The position numbers and the translations under genes were made by a program. Positions 61,976-64,000 of a stretch of DNA of 64,000 bases are shown here, one piece after another (positions within the stretch are counted from its first letter, which is position 1; each line of letters opens with the position of its first letter). Below the pieces are notes generated by a model that did no database searches, had not been told where the DNA came from, and worked only from the letters and a program-made list of their open reading frames with translations. The DNA lies in assembly GCA_016218805.1 (NCBI GenBank), contig JACRCW010000038.1, forward strand, positions 24,915 through 88,914. The letters run 5' to 3'. This DNA is from Deltaproteobacteria bacterium. Lineage in GTDB: Bacteria > Myxococcota > JACRCW01.

Positions 61976-64000
61976 TGGAAACACTGGAGGTCCTCCTGGT
62001 GGAGGACAATCCTGGGGACCAGGCACTGATCCGGGAACTGCTCACCCCGGATGAGGGCACGCACTACCACGTCGAGGCGCTGTCGCGTCTTGCGGATGCG
62101 TGCGGCCGCATCCGCTCCCAGCCGTTTGACCTGGTGCTGTTGGACCTGTCGCTGCCCGACAGCCAGGGCCTGGACACGTTCACCCGCATGCGTGACGCGG
62201 CGCCGGGGCTGCCTATTGTGGTGCTCACCGGCAACAGTGACGAAACGGTGGCCACGCACGCGGTGCAGGCGGGAGCACAGGACTACCTGGTCAAGGGCAG
62301 CGCGGGGCGGGAACTTGCGCGGGCCGTCCGTTACGCCGTGGAGCGCAACCGCCTTGAGGAGAAACACCGCAGCCTGTTTGAGAACGCCGAAGTGGGGATG
62401 TTCCGGACGGCTTTGGATGCGTCCGTGGTGATTGACATCAACCGCAAGGGCGCGGAGCTGTTCGGCCGGACGCGCGCCCGGATGGTTGGCGTAGAACTGA
62501 CCTCGTTCTGTGTGAGTCCGCCGCGGACGGAGCTGTGGGAGGTCCTGCGGACCGCGGGTGCGGTGCGCGGCTTTGAGCTGGAAATCAGGACGGGAGCGGG
62601 CGAGCCCAGGACGCTCCTGCTGTCGGCGCGTGCGTTCCCGAGCCAGGGCATCGTCGAGGGCTCGGCCATAGACATCACCGAGCGCAAGGTTGCCGCCGAG
62701 GCCGCGCGTCGCGCCAAGGAGGAATGGGAGCGCACGTTTGACGCGGTCCCCGATCTCATCGCGCTGATTGATCAGGACCACCGCATTGTCCGGGCGAACC
62801 GCGCCATGGCCACGCGCCTGGGCGCGCAGCCTGATGCCCTGATGGGGCGCCGCTGCTTTGAGGTGATTCACGGCACCTCAGAGCCCGCCACCGACTGCCC
62901 GCACGAGCGCATGATCCGCAGCGGCCTGGAGGAATACGCTGAGCTGGCCGCGTCCCGCCTGGGCGGCTTCTTTGCCATGACCGCCACGCCGCTGAGGGAC
63001 GGCGCGGGCAACCTGGTGGGCTGCGTCCACATTGCGCGTGATATCACCGAAAGGCGGCAGCACGAGGAGGCGCTGCTGGCAAGCGAAACCCGCTTCCGGG
63101 CCATCTTTGACAACGTGTCCGACGGGCTGCTGCTGGCGGACCCGGGAACCGGTGCGCTCATCATGGCCAACCGCTCCATCTGCAGGATGCTGGGCTACTC
63201 CGCGGATGAACTGACCGGCATGTCCATCCGGGACCTCCTTGGCGCAGGGGACCCGGCGGGCACTGTGGATCCGTTCGACAGCCTGATGCACGGCGCGGCA
63301 GGAACCATCATTGAGCTGCCCGTCATGCGAAAGGACGGAGCGGGGCTGGTGATGGAAGTGGGTTCGGCGCCCATTGTCATTGAGGGACTGCGGCTGGTGA
63401 TGGGGAGTTTCCGCGATGTGACGGAGACCCGCGCCCTGGAGGCCAGCATGGCCCGAGCGGACCGCCTGGCAACCATGGGAATGCTGGCCGCGGGCGTGGC
63501 GCATGAGATCAACAACCCCCTGGCCTACGTGCTGGCCAACGTGGACGACCTGGCATCCTACCTGCCACAACTCTCGCGGTCCCTTGACGCGATCCGATCC
63601 GGCCAGCCGTTGGGGGACGCCGCCGCGCTCGACCCGGCCGCGCTGGCCGGCGCCGTGGACCGGGTGCAGGACGCGCTGGATGGGCTGCGGCGAATCAAGG
63701 AGATTGCACGGGGTCTGGGCAGCTTTTCCCGCGTGGAGAGCTCTGAGCGCGGCCCGGTGGATCTTGCCGGGGCCATCCGGGCGGCGGCGGCCATGGCGCA
63801 CAATGAGGTCAAGTACCGTGCCACCCTCAGCGTGCAGGTCGACGACGCCCCGCAGGTGCTGGCGTCGGAGGGCAAACTGTCCCAGGTGTTCCTGAACCTG
63901 CTGGTCAACGCGGCCCACGCCATTCCCGAGGGCGACCTGGAGCACAACCGCATTGTGGTCCGGAGTTGGACGGAGGGGCCGCATGCCCTCGTCGAGGTCT
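61972..64000 (+). CDS. Hybrid sensor kinase: receiver + three PAS + HisKA/HATPase (3' end beyond window)
   Basis: Read by hand; it is not in the ORF track because no stop lies inside the window. ATGA overlap with the previous gene. [12 protein letters not shown]...LVLLDLSLPDSQG...DYLVKG, then PAS segments. H-box GVAHEINNPLAYV and N-box NLLVNAAHAI. The frame stays open to base 64000. Confidence 0.8.
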   Translation, partial: MMETLEVLLVEDNPGDQALIRELLTPDEGTHYHVEALSRLADACGRIRSQPFDLVLLDLSLPDSQGLDTFTRMRDAAPGLPIVVLTGNSDETVATHAVQAGAQDYLVKGSAGRELARAVRYAVERNRLEEKHRSLFENAEVGMFRTALDASVVIDINRKGAELFGRTRARMVGVELTSFCVSPPRTELWEVLRTAGAVRGFELEIRTGAGEPRTLLLSARAFPSQGIVEGSAIDITERKVAAEAARRAKEEWERTFDAVPDLIALIDQDHRIVRANRAMATRLGAQPDALMGRRCFEVIHGTSEPATDCPHERMIRSGLEEYAELAASRLGGFFAMTATPLRDGAGNLVGCVHIARDITERRQHEEALLASETRFRAIFDNVSDGLLLADPGTGALIMANRSICRMLGYSADELTGMSIRDLLGAGDPAGTVDPFDSLMHGAAGTIIELPVMRKDGAGLVMEVGSAPIVIEGLRLVMGSFRDVTETRALEASMARADRLATMGMLAAGVAHEINNPLAYVLANVDDLASYLPQLSRSLDAIRSGQPLGDAAALDPAALAGAVDRVQDALDGLRRIKEIARGLGSFSRVESSERGPVDLAGAIRAAAAMAHNEVKYRATLSVQVDDAPQVLASEGKLSQVFLNLLVNAAHAIPEGDLEHNRIVVRSWTEGPHALVEV

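Noticed and set aside
61870-63984. Two - strand ORFs (333 aa and 368 aa) that are the only track entries covering 62-64 kb
   Set aside because: Hand translation of + frame 61972 onward gives a clean REC-PAS-PAS-PAS-HisKA-HATPase protein with no stop before the window end. It is absent from the track only because it lacks a stop. The - strand ORFs are its shadows.
1-64000. Searched by eye for tRNA or rRNA genes, CRISPR arrays, IS or transposase, integrase, phage or defence-system genes
   Set aside because: None recognised. The only repetitive DNA found is the 3 x 42-bp array at 22789-22915, and there are no terminal inverted repeats or recombinase motifs.

Overview
GC-rich bacterial chromosome segment (third codon positions almost all G/C, so both strands carry long spurious shadow ORFs). 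I see three blocks. (1) 1-9.3 kb, + strand: a 5'-truncated TetR regulator, a four-gene ATP-dependent benzoyl-CoA-reductase-type cluster in C-B-A-D order, and three genes of unclear function: an envelope protein with a three-fold repeated module, a small helical protein and an AttH/CrtC-like protein. (2) 9.3-47.3 kb, almost entirely - strand: an apparently complete flagellar regulon of about 45 genes. It runs flgBC-fliEFGHI-motE-like-fliK-flgDE-flbD-motAB | fliLMNOPQR-flhBAFG-fliA | flgFGAHI-flgJ(M23)-flgMN-flgKL | fliC | fliDS-fliT-like, with many 4-nt overlaps, and ends in a second MinD/ParA ATPase and a GGDEF cyclase. The only + strand gene in this block is a FliJ-like ORF. I found good sigma-54 promoter matches upstream of fliL and flgF, weaker sigma-28-like motifs upstream of fliC and the fliJ-like gene, and a strong hairpin after fliC. 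(3) 44.7-64 kb: a dense regulatory island. It holds an unknown secreted protein, a receiver-less sigma-54 activator, a PilT-family ATPase, REC-degenerate HD-GYP, REC-HDOD, a PAS kinase, PilZ, a GAF kinase, REC-EAL, an NtrC-type regulator, a second FliA-like sigma factor, a hemerythrin and a kinase/regulator/hybrid-kinase module that runs off the window end. I found no tRNA, rRNA, CRISPR array or transposase. The items most worth follow-up are the PilT-like ATPase and the unknown protein coupled to the flagellar master-regulator operon, the second FliA behind a sigma-54 promoter, the displaced fliJ, a triple 42-bp tandem repeat, the long FliO and the MinD-like/GGDEF pair. All functional calls come from motif reading and synteny; no searches were run.
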